Of a stretch of 64,000 nucleotides of DNA, positions 13,630 through 28,967 are shown in pieces. Source of the stretch: Eledone cirrhosa (taxonomy: Eukaryota); the NCBI GenBank assembly GCA_964016885.1, contig OZ024742.1, positions 67,456,001 through 67,520,000 of the forward strand, given 5' to 3'. The notes beneath the pieces were generated by a model. It was not told the DNA's origin. It did no database searches and was given only the letters and a program-made list of their open reading frames with translations. The position numbers and the translations under genes were made by a program. How positions within the stretch are numbered: position 1 is the stretch's first letter; each line of letters starts with the position of its first letter.

Positions 13630-15290
13630 TCTTTCCAGCGGGACCTGTCAGAAGGAACTGTCTCCAGCTGATCCGGCTGGATCCCCAAGCGAGACCAGCT
13701 AGGCTCAAGAATTTTATCCAGGCATTATGCCCAGGATCTACCCCTGAATCTCCTGCCTGTTGGTTCTACCCGTAACATCTAACCGAATGCCTATAATTTC
13801 GGAGCTGTGATCTCTCAATTCGGGGAAGTAGCGGCTCTACGTGGAATGATTACCTGAGCTCCGAGCTACGCACTCCATTGAGTAACGTTACTCCAAAACC
13901 CTTCGGAGGAACACATTTTCGACTGCTTGTATTCGTGATCGTATTCTTTCGGCATTACCCAAGATTCATGACAATAGGAAACGGTTGGCACAAAGACCGA
14001 ATTGAAAATAGCGTGTCTGGCTCTTACGCCTACTTCTATTCTTCTGATTACTGAATGCTAAAATATTACTGCACCAGCGCCTACAATTCTTACATTTAAT
14101 TTACCCTCCTGATTCGATCACTCGTGAATACGGCCACGTGATACTTCAAATTCTCTACCAGCTTCGGCAGGAACTCCATTTCAATATAGACGCAGTGCAC
14201 AGTGTTCCTTGAGAGGACGAGTATCTCAGTTTTCGCAGATCTGATTTTAGTTCCAACCATGCAACAATCGGCATCGATCCTACCGAGAGCAAGTCGAAGA
14301 CGAATATCTGCCGAATTAAAAAACACTATCTTGTTTCCAAATTCCAGTCGACTGATTTTACACACGCTAGTCATGATACCACTTCCAACCCGGTTGCGCA
14401 TGTCAAACCTGTTCATGTAAATAATGAATGGGATAGGTGATAGTAGGCACCCTTGGCGTATTCCGACTACCACCTTAAATGATTTCGAGTTAGCACCATT
14501 CATCCGAACACAAATATTCGGGCATTGTATAGAGATATCAGGGTAGCAGGAAGCTGACCATCGATCCCGTACTCCAGCAGACCCTTCCACAGCAGGTCTC
14601 TAGGAACGTGGTCATATGCGTTTTCAATGTGAAGTAAACAAGATCATACCTCCTGACAATACTCCCACGATTACTCGAAGACCTGTCACAGTGTGAATAT
14701 TTGGTCGGCTGTGCTATATCCGGGGCAAAAGCCACACTGTATCAGCTAGATTGGACTCGACAAACTCCCTGGATCTCTTTGCCAGACACTTATTATAGAC
14801 TTTACCGGGGGGCGCTTAACGAGGTGATCCTTCTGTAATTGGAACAATCTTTCTTGTCACCATTTTTGAAAATTGAGATTATCACTTCCGATTGCCATTG
14901 CATAGGTGCCTTTCCTGAGATCCGGGCTACACGGCATTCATGAGTCAGCCAGAGAATACCTTCTCTATTTAAGAGGTTTAATACCTCAGTCTGGATTTCA
15001 TCTTCCCCAGCGGCGTTGCCACATTTGAGCTCATAACTGCTCTTCTGACCTCAGTCTCTGAAAGATTACACGTTGCTTCCAGATGGACTTCCTATACAGC
15101 AGAATATGCTGTTGTGATCGGGTTTAGGAGATCAGCAAAGTATTATTCCCACCTCGTGGGGATGCACTTCTCTGAAGAGAGGAGAACCCCAGACGCGTTT
15201 TTGATAGCCGGTATGGAGGAGGGCTTCTTATTATGAAGTCGTTGGATGTTCTACAAGAACACTTTATTTGCTGATCTGAAGTCGGATTCT
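13630..15290 (-). mobile_element. Degenerate RTE-clade (Rex3/Expander-like) LINE, 5'-truncated
   Basis: VRMNGANSKSF..VGIRQGCLLSPIPFIIYM and KIRSAKTEILVLSR in ORF 14096-14590; boundaries approximate. Confidence 0.75.
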
Positions 15291-16244
15291 AGCTTAACCG
15301 CAAATACCTCCCATGTGTTAAATTTGGTGTCTCTGGTTTTTGTGAAAAACAGAATTTATACAGACACTCAGAAAATAAAGATTTCAGATCGGATTTAGAG
15401 GACAGAAAAACACTCAAAGTTGGTTGGTAACAAGGAAAAACAGAGTAACGTATGATGAATTTTGATGCCACCTCAATTGAAATTTGAACGACTGCGCATC
15501 CCCTGAAGCAAACATTGAAATATTCTGATAGAATCAATTCAAAATTGAAGATATCACTTTTTATGTCTCTTATTCTCTTATTCTCTCTCATATTTTTTAA
15601 TGCCTGATTATCTACTTGGTCTATATTTCCCCCTTTCTTTACTGCTTTTCTCTCATTCTCTTTTCTCTCATTCATTCATTTATTATCTCATCTCCACTTA
15701 ATTTAAAATGAAACCTGCAGCTGGAAATATAAAGTAAAAATTGTAAATCATACGTCACAAATTTGTAGTGTATTAAATTATGTAACATATAACTAAAGTG
15801 AATACCAGCACTGCCTTATGCAGCAAAATAATATGCTCCGGTATAACGAAGCCAAACTACTTGTCTACTGTCGATTCAATTTACCATATGTAACTCGAGA
15901 ATATAAATACTTTAAACATATTTACAACAACGTAATCAGCAGCAATATAAAGGCACATGTATTCAAATGGGTAGCAACGTGTGCAGAAAAACTAATAAAA
16001 GAAAATAGTTTCCATATATAGAACAAATTATATTTTTGAAATATATGTCAGGAAGATTTAGGTCACGCAAAATGAAGTCAAGTATATTTGATGCATAGTT
16101 GTTTAGAAAAGTGCTGAAACTAATATTGTTTTCTGAAATACGCTAATGTCATTTTCACTATTAGTTATTTTAATAAAATACTGTTTTAAATGATGTTTTA
16201 ATAAACGCTATTTTAAATGGATTTAAATTTATTTGTATTTATCA

Positions 16245-16775
16245 GAGTATACAAAAAGCCACGGAGATATATAAGACCGTCATAGAAATGGACATGAAAG
16301 GAATTTGGACATTATACAGGAGCAAATCATGGAATAGCTTATATAGGCTTAAGCATAAGATAGAGAAAGCCACTTCAGGCTACGACAACCAGAGTGTCAT
16401 GTTCGTGGATGCTACCCCTACAGGAAAATTAGCTAAGCAATTTAGAAAGGCCATAACAAAGATCCATCTAAAGATTAAAGTGGTAGAAAAGCCAGGAACT
16501 ACCATAAAATCCCTGATCACAAGACATACCCCTTTAAGAAAACCCAGTGTACGAATAATAAATGTAGTCTATAACATAAGATGTACAGAGGCTACTTGCA
16601 GAAACATGACAACAACATACATAGGTGAAACAGCTCGAAGCATAGGAAAGCAATACTGGGGGGGACTAAAAGGACAAAAGATGGTTCAGTACTATATGAA
16701 CACGCCAGACAATGACATGACGGTAATATAGACAGCATAGAAATTAAAATAATATCCAAGCATAGAAATTACTCA
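16245..16775 (+). mobile_element. PLE family A fragment (GIY-YIG region), diverged
   Basis: ORF 16288-16731 matches the 10592-11668 protein (SVMFVDATP, YIGETARS). Confidence 0.85.
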
Positions 16776-16799
16776 ACATTATCGCTTGGGGTTTATTGC

Positions 16800-17133
<334 letters not shown>

Positions 17134-17202
17134 TAACAGATTACAGTTTAAGCAAAGAATCGCTGCTTTCACCCTTATATATTATTACTATATATATACG
17201 AT

Positions 17203-17385
17203 AATAATTGTTTCTACTTTTGGCACAAGGCCACCAATTATCCCAGTGTATTACTGGTACTTTATTTTATCGACCCCGTAAGGATGAAAGGCAAAGTTAA
17301 CCTCGGTGTGAGTTGAACTCTGACCGTAAAAGGCCGTAACTCTGTGCTGCAAAGCATGGCGTTCGACCCTCAAACGATTACTTTG
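17203..17385 (-). mobile_element. tRNA-derived SINE (octopus OR/Nin-domain-like)
   Basis: Conserved core tttgcctttcatcctt.cggggtcgataaa..aagtacca; B-box gagttcaa; several copies in the window. Confidence 0.85.
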
Positions 17386-18068
17386 AAAGCACTACTGCAC
17401 CTAAATAATGGCCGTAAAAACGTAAAACTTATACAATGAGTGAATGTTATTATTAAGTAATGCTTGAAACTTGTACTATGATCATTTTCAGCATTGCGTA
17501 CACTTTAGCATGAAAGATTCGCAGCAACGCCTATTTAGAAAACATTCAGTCGACCCGATTAAAGCATGAAACCCTGAAGAACCAGGCGATATAACATGAT
17601 AGTGGTATCTAAGAAATATCTTGAAAATATATGTCAAAACAAATTTTCATGAATCAAAAGTGAGATAAAGTGTATATGTATGTGTATGTGGGTATACGCA
17701 TGTGCACCTACATGAGTATGAGCCTCCCAACGTTCTTTCCCCATAAAACTCAATCTAATATTTTAATGATGGTACAACCTTACGGTACCATGTCTGCAAA
17801 GGCAGTAGCTCATTGGAGCATCATAATATTTAATACTTATTTGTTCTTACAACGGAATAGACAGGGTATTTCCATGGAGTACAATCTGGTCGCCTATACA
17901 AATTTATACAGACATATGTAGCCATATACGAAAATATATAGATACACACATAGAGACCTGGGCTCAACATATCTACACACACACATACAATATACACATA
18001 CACACACACTCATATAAAAGTGTGCATCTGTGCAAGTACACACACATACACACGCATATGAACACACT

Positions 18069-18114
<46 letters not shown>

Positions 18115-18171
18115 AACACAGACACATACACATACACACATGGATTGTTCAACCAAAGAAACAAACGCAGT

Positions 18172-18214
<43 letters not shown>

Positions 18215-18981
18215 GCACATACACACATATATATATACAGGTACATACATACCTATGTCTATACACAAATTGACAGTGGTTTGAGTTTAACAACAATGTT
18301 AGCGACCTTATTGGTCGTATTAATGTGATAATGTTTGCTGATATTGCTTCTAGGAGGTTACCTGTTGTTAGTCAGCATATATATTGTTTTACTGTTTACT
18401 GGTGTGCAGGTATGGTGATTGGGCACAAAGATAATTATGTCACAAGTATGTGGCAGTGTGTCTGTTTGGGTGATATTTAAGGTTTTTTGTTGAATGTTAA
18501 ATAGAAGAAAGTATTTCCTTTTGAGTTGTCTGCAGTTTACAATTATCTCGGATTAATCATCTTGGATTTTAACTTAATGGTTTCAGCCGATTCAATAAAT
18601 ATATATACACATACATATACATATATATGTGCGTAAAATTGAGAGAAGGTATGTATAATTTTCTTGTCTATGCGGTAAATTACATAATACTTCTTTTAAA
18701 CTCAGGTTGAATTTTGCAATTTGGTATTCAATGCTGCATATTCAATTCCTTTAATTTTCACTAAAAAGTTGTCTGCGTTTAAATTCTCATCAGATATTTA
18801 TTTAGCAAACTAGCAAACGACAAAACCAATTTGTCATTCTAGTCAGTTCATTGCCTGCCACACTACATTTATTTTCTCATTTTTGTGTAAACTGAACTGT
18901 AAATGACATATTACAATTTCATATAAGGATAAAATAAAATGATTGAAAGGAGAAATAACTAGTATGAGACACACACACACT

Positions 18982-19013
<32 letters not shown>

Positions 19014-19166
19014 AGAATGTATACTTATATATATATATGCATATATGTGTTTGTATATATATATATACCCACATCTTACGTTAACTATTTTCCATTTTGA
19101 CGTAATAGTCACTTATATATTATGGAATACTGTTGGCTTCTTGCTACAATAATTTCTATACTTTTC

Positions 19167-19212
<46 letters not shown>

Positions 19213-19217
<5 letters not shown>

Positions 19218-19403
19218 TTCAAAATATTAATAAATATAGACATTTATGTAATCAAATATATTTTATTATATATATTTCGGAGGTACTGTGCTGTTTCCTC
19301 AGTACGTCCTCATCAGATAAAATATATAAGTTGATGTATGAAATACCTCAACTATGCTGATGGTTCAATTCCAGTCTTCCAAGACTGGAATTGAACCATC
19401 AGC

Positions 19404-19407
<4 letters not shown>
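19213..19407 (-). mobile_element. Short HHR-bearing element (same family as the 3' end at 49823-49990) ending in a perfect hairpin
   Basis: Shares attaattcaaaatattaa...agtacgtcctcatcagataaaat with 49823-49935; hairpin 19355-19404; (TA)n on both sides. Confidence 0.75.
19257..19326 (-). ncRNA. Type-I hammerhead ribozyme, intact core
   Basis: tatattttat-CTGATGA-ggacgtactg..cagtacctcc-GAAA-tatata-TA-ataaaatata. Confidence 0.85.
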
Positions 19408-19456
<49 letters not shown>

Positions 19457-20487
19457 CGTGTGTGTTTGTGTAAGTATGTATATTTAAAGACAGAGAAGAA
19501 TTACTTCACTGGTGGTTATTATCCTGTAGTAGTTCGAATCTTTACAGTAAGTCGTCATTGATATTTTTTCTGGTCAGAGACCTCGAATAGATTGCAAACT
19601 CTTGCTTGAACATTTCTTGTAGATGGGAATATAACTTCTTCTCTTACAGACCCTTATCGCGTGTTGCATGTTTTGGGACTACCTTTGGGCCCATGGCCGT
19701 TCATCTTATTCATAAATAAAAGGCGTTTTCAAAGAGGAAGTGTTTATTCCCGAATACTATTTCCAGTTCTTGCAGAATAAAGTATTTTCGGAATTTCCCT
19801 GGGATGTAATCTGGGTGTTTTACCATCCAAGAATATGCAGTATCAAAATTATTAAATTGTCTGCTCTATTTCTATATAAACCTGTTAATACTCCTCACCC
19901 CTCCCCTTACAATTTCAGGCTATTAACGACAGAAACTGAATAAAAAGATGGTACAAACAAGCTAAAACGTTTCCTCTAATTTCCAAGGTTTTTTTTTACT
20001 TCTCATAAAGAGATTTCATCTCAGAAATTAAGGTCGTATTTGAATACGAAATCAGGTAAAACAGAGGAGTTGTATTACCTTTTATCTTAAATCGTAACAC
20101 ATCATATGCATTGTCGCACCCTTCGAATTATATACTTTATTATATTTTTATTATTCATAGACAAATATTTTGCTAAATTAGTTGTGGTGAAGAAAGATAA
20201 TTTAATATTACTTTTATTTATTATGCTATCGTATATACGTCTTTAGATACATTTTCTTTCTAAAATGGTAAAATATCTGTAAAATATATAGGACTCTATT
20301 TGAACTCCATCTGAAAGATTGAACCATATACAAGTTTTTCTTTACTATTTTCTTTTTCATTTATTTATTTGATTCACTAAATTTGTCAAGACATGTCCGA
20401 ATGGATTAGTTTTAATAATATTCTTTTAATATATATACCCACATTCATGACATACACACAGACATATTCATACGTGCAGACACACAT

Positions 20488-20528
<41 letters not shown>

Positions 20529-20713
20529 CATCTTATTTAGAATTAAAACGACGTAAACCACAAGAGATATGTTTTGGTAGGAATTTCAGATAAAGTCCAA
20601 TTTACATAGAATATTGTCTCCAATTTTCTACTGATACTAAAAGTTAGAAAGACACAAATAAGCTTCACTCGACAAGATAGGAGAGCGAGAGAGAGAGAGA
20701 GAAAGGGAGGTAG

Positions 20714-20782
<69 letters not shown>

Positions 20783-21979
20783 CCTGTGTTAAGAAGTAGA
20801 AATCTCTCCGATAGATAGACGTTCTGAAGGAAAAGGATAGACAGACAGGCGTAAAATGCGAGAGTGATAAATTAAAAAAATTTCGTTAGAATAAAATACT
20901 GACACAAATATAAAAAGGAAATGTTATAAAAAGATTAAGTACACTTTGTAGTACAATGTTTCTAAAGCGATAATTGTACCAATTATACAATATATGTGAA
21001 TGTGTGTATGTGCATGTGTGTATGTGCGTGTGTGTTTGTGTGTGTCATTGTAGTTATGTACATAGGTGTGCGTATATAATATTACAACAATTATTTATGT
21101 ATGCCAAATGTTCGTCAGAAAAAGCACTTTTACAAGACAGTTTAATATTTATAAATCAGTCATAGTACACAAGATTATAATGAATCAAATTGAATAAGAA
21201 AATGGTTATATATATATATTGTAATACAAAGTAGCTTTCTTGAGCACGTTCCTGTGTTTCTAGTTTTAATGAGGCATTTAATTGATCATTGATTTTCTGC
21301 GAACAACATTGGTAAAAACAAGCTGTGGTTAATTATTTCATTTCTTCTGTTATCAGTGCATGCCAGAATGTTTCGGTATGTTTCTTGATAAAATATTGGA
21401 ATATATGTATTTCGTCATACGACCGTTTCAGAAACGACCGTATCAAATAAAAATCGTGTTCTATCAATTGAAAATATATGAAGAAGTTAATAATATAACG
21501 TGCCAATAGATTATTTTCTACAAACAAACAAAAATAAAAATGTTTAAGTCCAACCATGAATAGACTCCTGAATCTACTTCAGAGATGGATATTGAAGGGA
21601 CGTCACCACATTATCGCAATTCATTTGGTCATTGTTTCCAAGCAAAGAGATAACATAATATTAGAGGAGTACAAAGGATAATCCATTGAATTTCTAACAT
21701 AAAATTTTGTATGAATGTCCTTATATAAATATGTGTAAGATGTAGACATAAATAGCAAAGCAAACAGTACACTAACGAAATGTTTCTGTTTAACTCTTCA
21801 ATTAACAGGAAAAGAATCGGAAAAGAACGTTTCGGACACTATTCCTTCACCAGAGGATAGAATTAGAAATAAAAGATAAACTAGAAAGATAAAGAATGAG
21901 AAAAGGAGGGAACGGAAAAAGATGAGGAAAAAATATATATATATGTGTGTGTCTGTGTGTGTGTGCATATATATGTATA

Positions 21980-22046
<67 letters not shown>

Positions 22047-22086
22047 ATATATACATATATATATACACATATATATATACACACCC

Positions 22087-22132
<46 letters not shown>

Positions 22133-22944
22133 ATGTGTGTACGTGTGTATCTTTGTATACATATGTGTATGTACTTCAATGCGTGTTTGTGTGTGAGCGA
22201 GAGGGAACACGAATGCCGGTGTAATCGTGTCAGGTAAGCCTGTCCTTCTATACTATTATTTCAGAAGTAAGATTTTCTGTTTTATTTTCGTATTCCCTAA
22301 ATTCTGAAAGACTATGTTATAATGTAATTTATCCACATATATTTTCTTTGAATTATTCATAATTACATTCTCTCAACCACATACATTGCTAAAGCAAGTA
22401 TGGAGAATTCACAACGTGCGCACACACAAAGGTAAAATAAATTCACAACAACCATATTTATTAAATAGATAAATAAATATACAAAACTAGCTCCAAGTTA
22501 CTATTGAAATAACCGTTGTAAAAATGTGTTCTTTCTACAAATTCACTTAGTATTTTTTTATGAAGCCTCATTTTGAAATACCTTCAGTTAACAATTCTTT
22601 CAAAACGTATATCGACCGGCCATTTTGTTTTCATGTTTTTTCTCCTTCCATTACAATATTCCTGGTAGATATATTTTATTTCTATTGTTGCAGTTTTATA
22701 TTATACTTTGCGAGTTCTTTTCCCATAACTCCACCAATAAGTACATTTTCTTCTTTTCGCCATAAACAAGCGAATAGGTAACTGAATAACAGTTATAAGA
22801 GTAGATATATAAATACGAATATGGGCAAATAAATTTGCACGAATAAAGAAAATAAAACTACATTTGGCAGGTATATTGGTGTTAGGAATACTAAATGATG
22901 TATTTTTTCTGTTTTGATTTTTATATATATAAAGTATTAATGAC

Positions 22945-23047
<103 letters not shown>

Positions 23048-23302
23048 ATAAGGGTGTGATGGCTAGATAGATATGGACATACATATATTGTGCGAAAGAG
23101 AAAGAGAGAGGAAACAGACAGAGGGGGTAGGGGTGGGAGAGAGAGAAAGACAGAGAGAGAGCGAGAAAGAAATACGCGTAACGAGTCTACCCGGAATTGG
23201 AATGAATATGTTCATATGTATATGCATATAGATAGCTCTCTATCTATCTATCTCTCTCTCTCTATATATATATATGTGTGTGTGTATGTATGTATGTATA
23301 TA

Positions 23303-23472
<170 letters not shown>

Positions 23473-26257
23473 CACACATATATGCATATACATATATAGA
23501 CACAGAAATGGCATCCTCACACAGTTTTATATTATAAGTGTCACAGCTTCCCTTTTTTATTAAGTTCAATTTATGCTTCTACTCTATATTTCATTACTAT
23601 ATTGTATATTCAGTGTCCTATTCGTCTAAAAATTAATTGTGACTCAATGTCATTTATTAGATTAGGTTTTCAGAAATCAGCTTTGCGATACAGCGTGTGC
23701 TTGAATTCATTAATTCTTATTTCCATGATTTCATAGTTGCAGTTTCAAAATACAGTTTGAAATCCTATGATCGGGACACCTTGTTAATTTCACTAGGTTT
23801 TCTAGGTCAAGGTTTTCCTTAGCACTCACATGATACAACGGCTCTCTGGATGCCTCTAAGCTTCAAATCGTTCAGTCGATCATCTCTGTGTAATTCAATG
23901 CTTTGTTTTTTCCTACATACAATATCTTTAGAAAAAAATCTTCTTTTCAACGCATTTGCTGAAATGCAGACCTCAGAACAGTTGATATAACAATCGTCAG
24001 TTGAATCCATTGGGGCCTCTGAATCCTCCCTATTGACGGGATCCTACTTACTAACATCAAGAATGTGACTAATTCGTACTAAATCGGTAGAGTCAATTAC
24101 ATTTCTCAAAGAAACTGGGTGATTTCAAGATAGTTTTAAAGCGTTAGAGACAATTACGTTTCTCAATGATTTCACGAGTTGCTCTACGGCTATCAGTATG
24201 TAGAAATCAATATCTATTAACTTTTTTCTTTTAATATTATTAGATTAGCCATTTCCCGCAACATTGACTCCACTTTCAAAATATTTTCGGAGTGATTTTC
24301 ACAATAGAAAATCTAATATTTTCCATTGGCTCAACCATCTATAGTTAAGACATTAATATAACTATCATGATTACCTTTTAATGTGTTAAATGCTGCTTTG
24401 TTAGTTAAACCATTTATATGATGTTAGGTGTTTTTACATTACTGACCTAATATCGAAACCATTCTAGCAATAACAATCACGTAATCTTCTCCGCAAACAT
24501 AAGTTAACTAAAACAGCATTATCCCTCCTTTTAAAAGACTGTCAATATGATTTTCCCCATGTTTGATTGCTACGTGACTAAAGAATTTATCGCTGTTTGA
24601 AATAATTTGGTCGATTTTTAGTGATTTGGGACGTTAGAGACTATTCGTTGTTGTTTGTTTATATCTCTGGAGGTTTAGGTGCTGCTTATTATGTTTTTCT
24701 ACCTAAAATTATCTTTAATTTTCAATGCACACATCTATTTATTATAATTAAAACTAAAGTTAGTATATGCAAGGATGTTTTAATGTTATAACTCATGTAA
24801 AACAACTCACCTGGGAATGCATCTGACACACTCCACTTGATCCCTATAAAATTGGGTAGAAATAAACAAAAGGCAATGCTTCCTATTCAAAGTGGTACCC
24901 ATGTTTCTGCTTCTGCTTCCCGTGCTTATCATTTTCTTTCATATAACCTTCCCTATTGTTTCATGATTAAGTTGTGTTTTAATTTAATGTGTTTATATAT
25001 GTCTATTAATTATGAATATTGCTAGGTCAAATCTGTTGTGTGTTGTTTGTACATAAAATGTATACTACTGTAAACAATATGTGTGGCAAACTTTCAGTTT
25101 TCGTTTTGGTATTTTATATATAAATTTAATATCCTGTTTACATTTTGTGGTTTCATTCGTTTATGTGATGCTATCTATTTCTACCTCTCTCTCTATCTCT
25201 ATATATGTGTGTGTGTGTTTGTGCATATCTGTAAATACATATAGATACAGAAGCACAGGCACACATACACACACACACGCACACGCAAACATGTTTGCGT
25301 ATGTATGTATGCGTTTATATGCGGTGTTTGTTATATTACATACCATAATAATACTAACAGTTTATTATATACTTTCCCCACACCTTCTGTCTTCTTTTTT
25401 AATATGTGTCAATTTCATTTTTTATATCATCTTTAGCTCACCTATTTGGTTTTCTGTCTGTTTTCTTAATTCACTCGACCTGACCTTAAAACATCACTAC
25501 CATTTAATTGCTCAGCTTCATTTATAAGCCAAACGTTGTAGCCGACACATAATATAATTAATAGAAAGACCACTGGAAACAAAGATTCCTTGGACCAATG
25601 CGACCATTACCTATTTTTATTCAAATATTTTTCATAAACCATTAAAAGCCTCTTTCCCTCATTTTGCTCCTTTCCAGTTAAATCATAAGACTTTGCTCAC
25701 TTTTGATGCGATATTTTCCTCCAGTCCTATATCTAACATTTCACATTAGTTTTTCATGTCTGTCATTTGGTACATGTTTTACTGTGTCTGTAGTATTAGT
25801 TTCTATTTTTCAAAAAAGATCAAGCATCAAAACCTTGAAGTTTTTCATTCCATGGGGAAAAACAGAGTAACCCAAAAGTCACTAGACGTATTCAAAAATA
25901 TAATTACCTTTTTTTAATTAAATATTCTCATTCATTTTTTTTAAATGATAAATACACTTATTATATTTTACAAAGTGACTATTGGGCCAGACTCTTTAGA
26001 AACTATTAATTCAACATGTAGTTAATAACATTTCTAGCAGTTTTGGGAGTCATTTTATTTTTAAAATGTCATATTTACTAATTAAAATTTACACAATAAT
26101 AACAGCATTTTTATTTCATTTTAAACATATATTATCAAAATGTATGTTGTTTTCAGAAAGAATCATACATCTCTTGCTTCATGTTATTTTAGAAGTCCCA
26201 AACGAATCATAAAGACATTAATTCATTTCATAAATTTCAAAACAACTTTATTATAAC

Positions 26258-26475
26258 CGGGGTGGTGGTTTGACAGAATTGGTAGAGCGTCGGACAACAT
26301 GCTTAGCATCATAGCGTTACAGTCCTTTAGGTTCTGATGTCAAATCCCACCGATGTCAGCTTTGCCTTTCATCCTTAGAGGGTCGATAAATAAAGTACCA
26401 ATAATGCATTGGGGTCGACTAATCGATTTTCCCGTCTCCTAAAATTATTGGCATTGTCCATAAATCAGAAAAGAT
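26258..26475 (+). mobile_element. tRNA-derived SINE copy
   Basis: A-box tgacagaattgg, B-box-like gtcaaatccc, conserved tttgcctttcatcc..gggtcgataaataaagtacca core. Confidence 0.8.
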
Positions 26476-27021
26476 TATTATTATAGAAGTTGATGTTCAC
26501 ATTATTCTTTATATCATAGTAACCGTCATTTCTCAAATGTTGTTGTTTTCTCAATTACAATTTATTTTACAGTCATTAATGTGCTGATGCACCAAATAAA
26601 ATCGCAGAATGGCACTTTTCTTTTTCTTAAGTGATTGAAAACATTTTCACAAAAAAGCAAAGGAACATTATCATTTTATATTTGGTAATAGTATAAATAT
26701 TATTTCTTCTTATTCAAGCTGTTATTCTTGCTTGTCCTTAACATGTATATGCTAGCTAAATTGATGGCAGTGTTTGTATGACGATGTTCTTCTGTTCATT
26801 GTTAAAATAGATGTAGTTTTGTTGGTGTTTGTTGGTATCATGGTAACAATTTTATCGCTGTAGATATGTTGATGTTCATGGTGATGATTTGCAACGTTTC
26901 GATATATCAAAAGTTACTTATATCATTTCTTCAGTAGTGGTACCAATACATACATAGCTATAATACATGTACATGCACACATAACCCAAACACGGCTTCA
27001 AACGTACACACACACACACTC

Positions 27022-27118
<97 letters not shown>

Positions 27119-27359
27119 TCTTCCTTTTTTCTTTCTTTTTTATTTCCTCCTATCTATTTATATCTTTCTTTTCTACATACATTTCTCTCTCTCTCTCCGA
27201 TATTTCTCCAGGTTTTCTTTTTCTCTCTCTCCTTCTTTTTCTCTCTCCTCTCTCTCTCCGTTTTTTCTTTCTCTCCGTCTTTTTCTAACTGTGCTTAACA
27301 CTATAACTAATAAATAAATTATAAAGATCTCACTATCCAGACAGCTTCCAAAAATAATG

Positions 27360-27520
27360 GTTGCATTTAATAGGGTACGTCAAAATTATTTATAAAACTG
27401 TTTATATATTGTATTTTGTCAGATGAAGGCATACCATATTTTAATTTGGTATCCCTGAAATATGTATAATGGAATAAATATGGTTTTATAAATATAGTTT
27501 CTATATATTTAATATCGTAT
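27360..27520 (+). mobile_element. Diverged copy of the HHR family seen at 44945 and 54618
   Basis: gatgaaggcatacca..tggtatccctGAAAtatgtataatg..aatatcgta. Confidence 0.55.
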
Positions 27521-27611
27521 ATATATATATATATATATACAATATTTGCTTATATGTACATGTATGTACATATAGACACGGAAACACACCACATGCATAT
27601 ATATATATATA

Positions 27612-28511
27612 TATATAAAAGTAGCGAAACAAACGGTTATTAAACAATTTTCTAAATAAATTAAAAAATGATTAAATAATCACCTGTTCAGATGCTGTTA
27701 CCGACGGTTTCATCATTCCGAAAGATTGGAAATCCAACGAATTTCCAAAGGAAAGAAATGGATCTTCAGACAGCCCTATTTCCACGCTATAAGGTATAGC
27801 AAGTAAATATTATGCTCCCTGCCCAACGCATGCGGTCAAGCCGTTAAAGTGACACACACGCAAATCAGGTCGCTGATAAAAGCTGGATATTATAATCATT
27901 TTTTAATTTATTTAGAAAATTGTTTAATAACCGTTTGTTTCGCTACTTTTATATTGTTCTGGTATCTCGAATTAGTGCCATTGAACCACATGTATTATAA
28001 ACAACTTGAATATTTCTCCAAGTACATTGTACCTGTCGAAGTATCCATCCACTTCTATAATTTATTCTCCTTACGTAGAGAACAAAACGTTGAATAATGC
28101 CGCTAATTTTAGTGGCAATTCGACATGTTTATAATATCCAGCTTTTATCAGCGACCTGATTTGCGTGTGTGTCACTTTAACGGCTTGACCACATGCGTTG
28201 GGCAGGGAGCATAATATTTACTTGCTATACCTTATAGCGTGGAAATAGGGCTGTCTGAAGATTCATTTCTTTCCATTGGAAATTCGTTGGATTTCCAATC
28301 TTTCGGAATGATGAAACCGTCGGTAACAGCATCTGAACAGGTGATTATTTAATCATTTTTTTATTTATTTAGAAAATTGTTTAATAACCGTTTGTTTCGC
28401 TACTTTTATATTGTTCAGGTATCTCGAATTAGTGCCATTGAACCACATGTATTATAAACAACTTGAATATTTCTACAAGTACATTGTACCTGTCGTAGTA
28501 TCCATCCACTT

Positions 28512-28519
<8 letters not shown>
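27612..28519. mobile_element. Fold-back retrozyme-like element, ~457-nt monomer family
   Basis: Inverted segment 27612-27895, then 1.4 tandem monomers (27893-28060 repeats at 28350-28519); (TA)n flanks. Confidence 0.8.
28250..28330 (+). ncRNA. Type-I hammerhead ribozyme, intact core (inverted copy at 27694-27774)
   Basis: gctgt-CTGAAGA-extended stem II (tcattt..ttggaaat/atttccaa..gaatga)-GAAA-ccg t cgg-TA-acagc. Confidence 0.85.
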
Positions 28520-28542
<23 letters not shown>

Positions 28543-28596
28543 TGTGGCTGGACGGTCGCTTTAGATTCTTTTAGTGTTGTCTGAAATGTATAGCCT

Positions 28597-28668
28597 TACA
28601 ACGCTGATGAAGCATAGGCTAATCATTTCTATGAACAAATTAGTTGGTGAAACAGATCCTGTTGGATT
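28597..28668 (+). ncRNA. Decayed hammerhead-like motif of another family
   Basis: CTGATGA-(gctaat/attagt)-GAAA-cagatcctg-TT; stem I poor. Confidence 0.4.
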
Positions 28669-28929
28669 TGTACGTGTGTGTTAGATAGGTATCAAGGTAC
28701 GTATTTTCACTTTGATTTATACTTTGAATTTTGTGTGTCTACTTTGCCTTCCATGGGCTATAGATTCCATACACTGGTGGTTTTTCCCTGTTTGACTGCT
28801 GGCGCACTATATCTCTCTCTGGAGTGTTATCTTTTTCTACATATTATATTATAAAAAGCTCGGGATTCCTTCTCCTTTGGGCACATTAATGACAGGGTAT
28901 AACGAGAGTCTGTGGCTCCGTTAATTTAT

Positions 28930-28959
<30 letters not shown>

Positions 28960-28967
<8 letters not shown>

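Noticed and set aside
18270-19930. Possible ancient PLE coding remnants at 18270-18600 and 19530-19930
   Set aside because: Only a compositional impression; no intact motifs
21820-21862. Minus-strand ctggtga-agga..tcc-gaaacg hammerhead-like motif
   Set aside because: Core mutated and no stem I pairing; not counted
23819-24010. ORF ending VVSCEC, reminiscent of a TGF-beta/cystine-knot C-terminus
   Set aside because: Cys spacing does not fit, there is an in-frame stop 12 codons upstream, and no good splice acceptor
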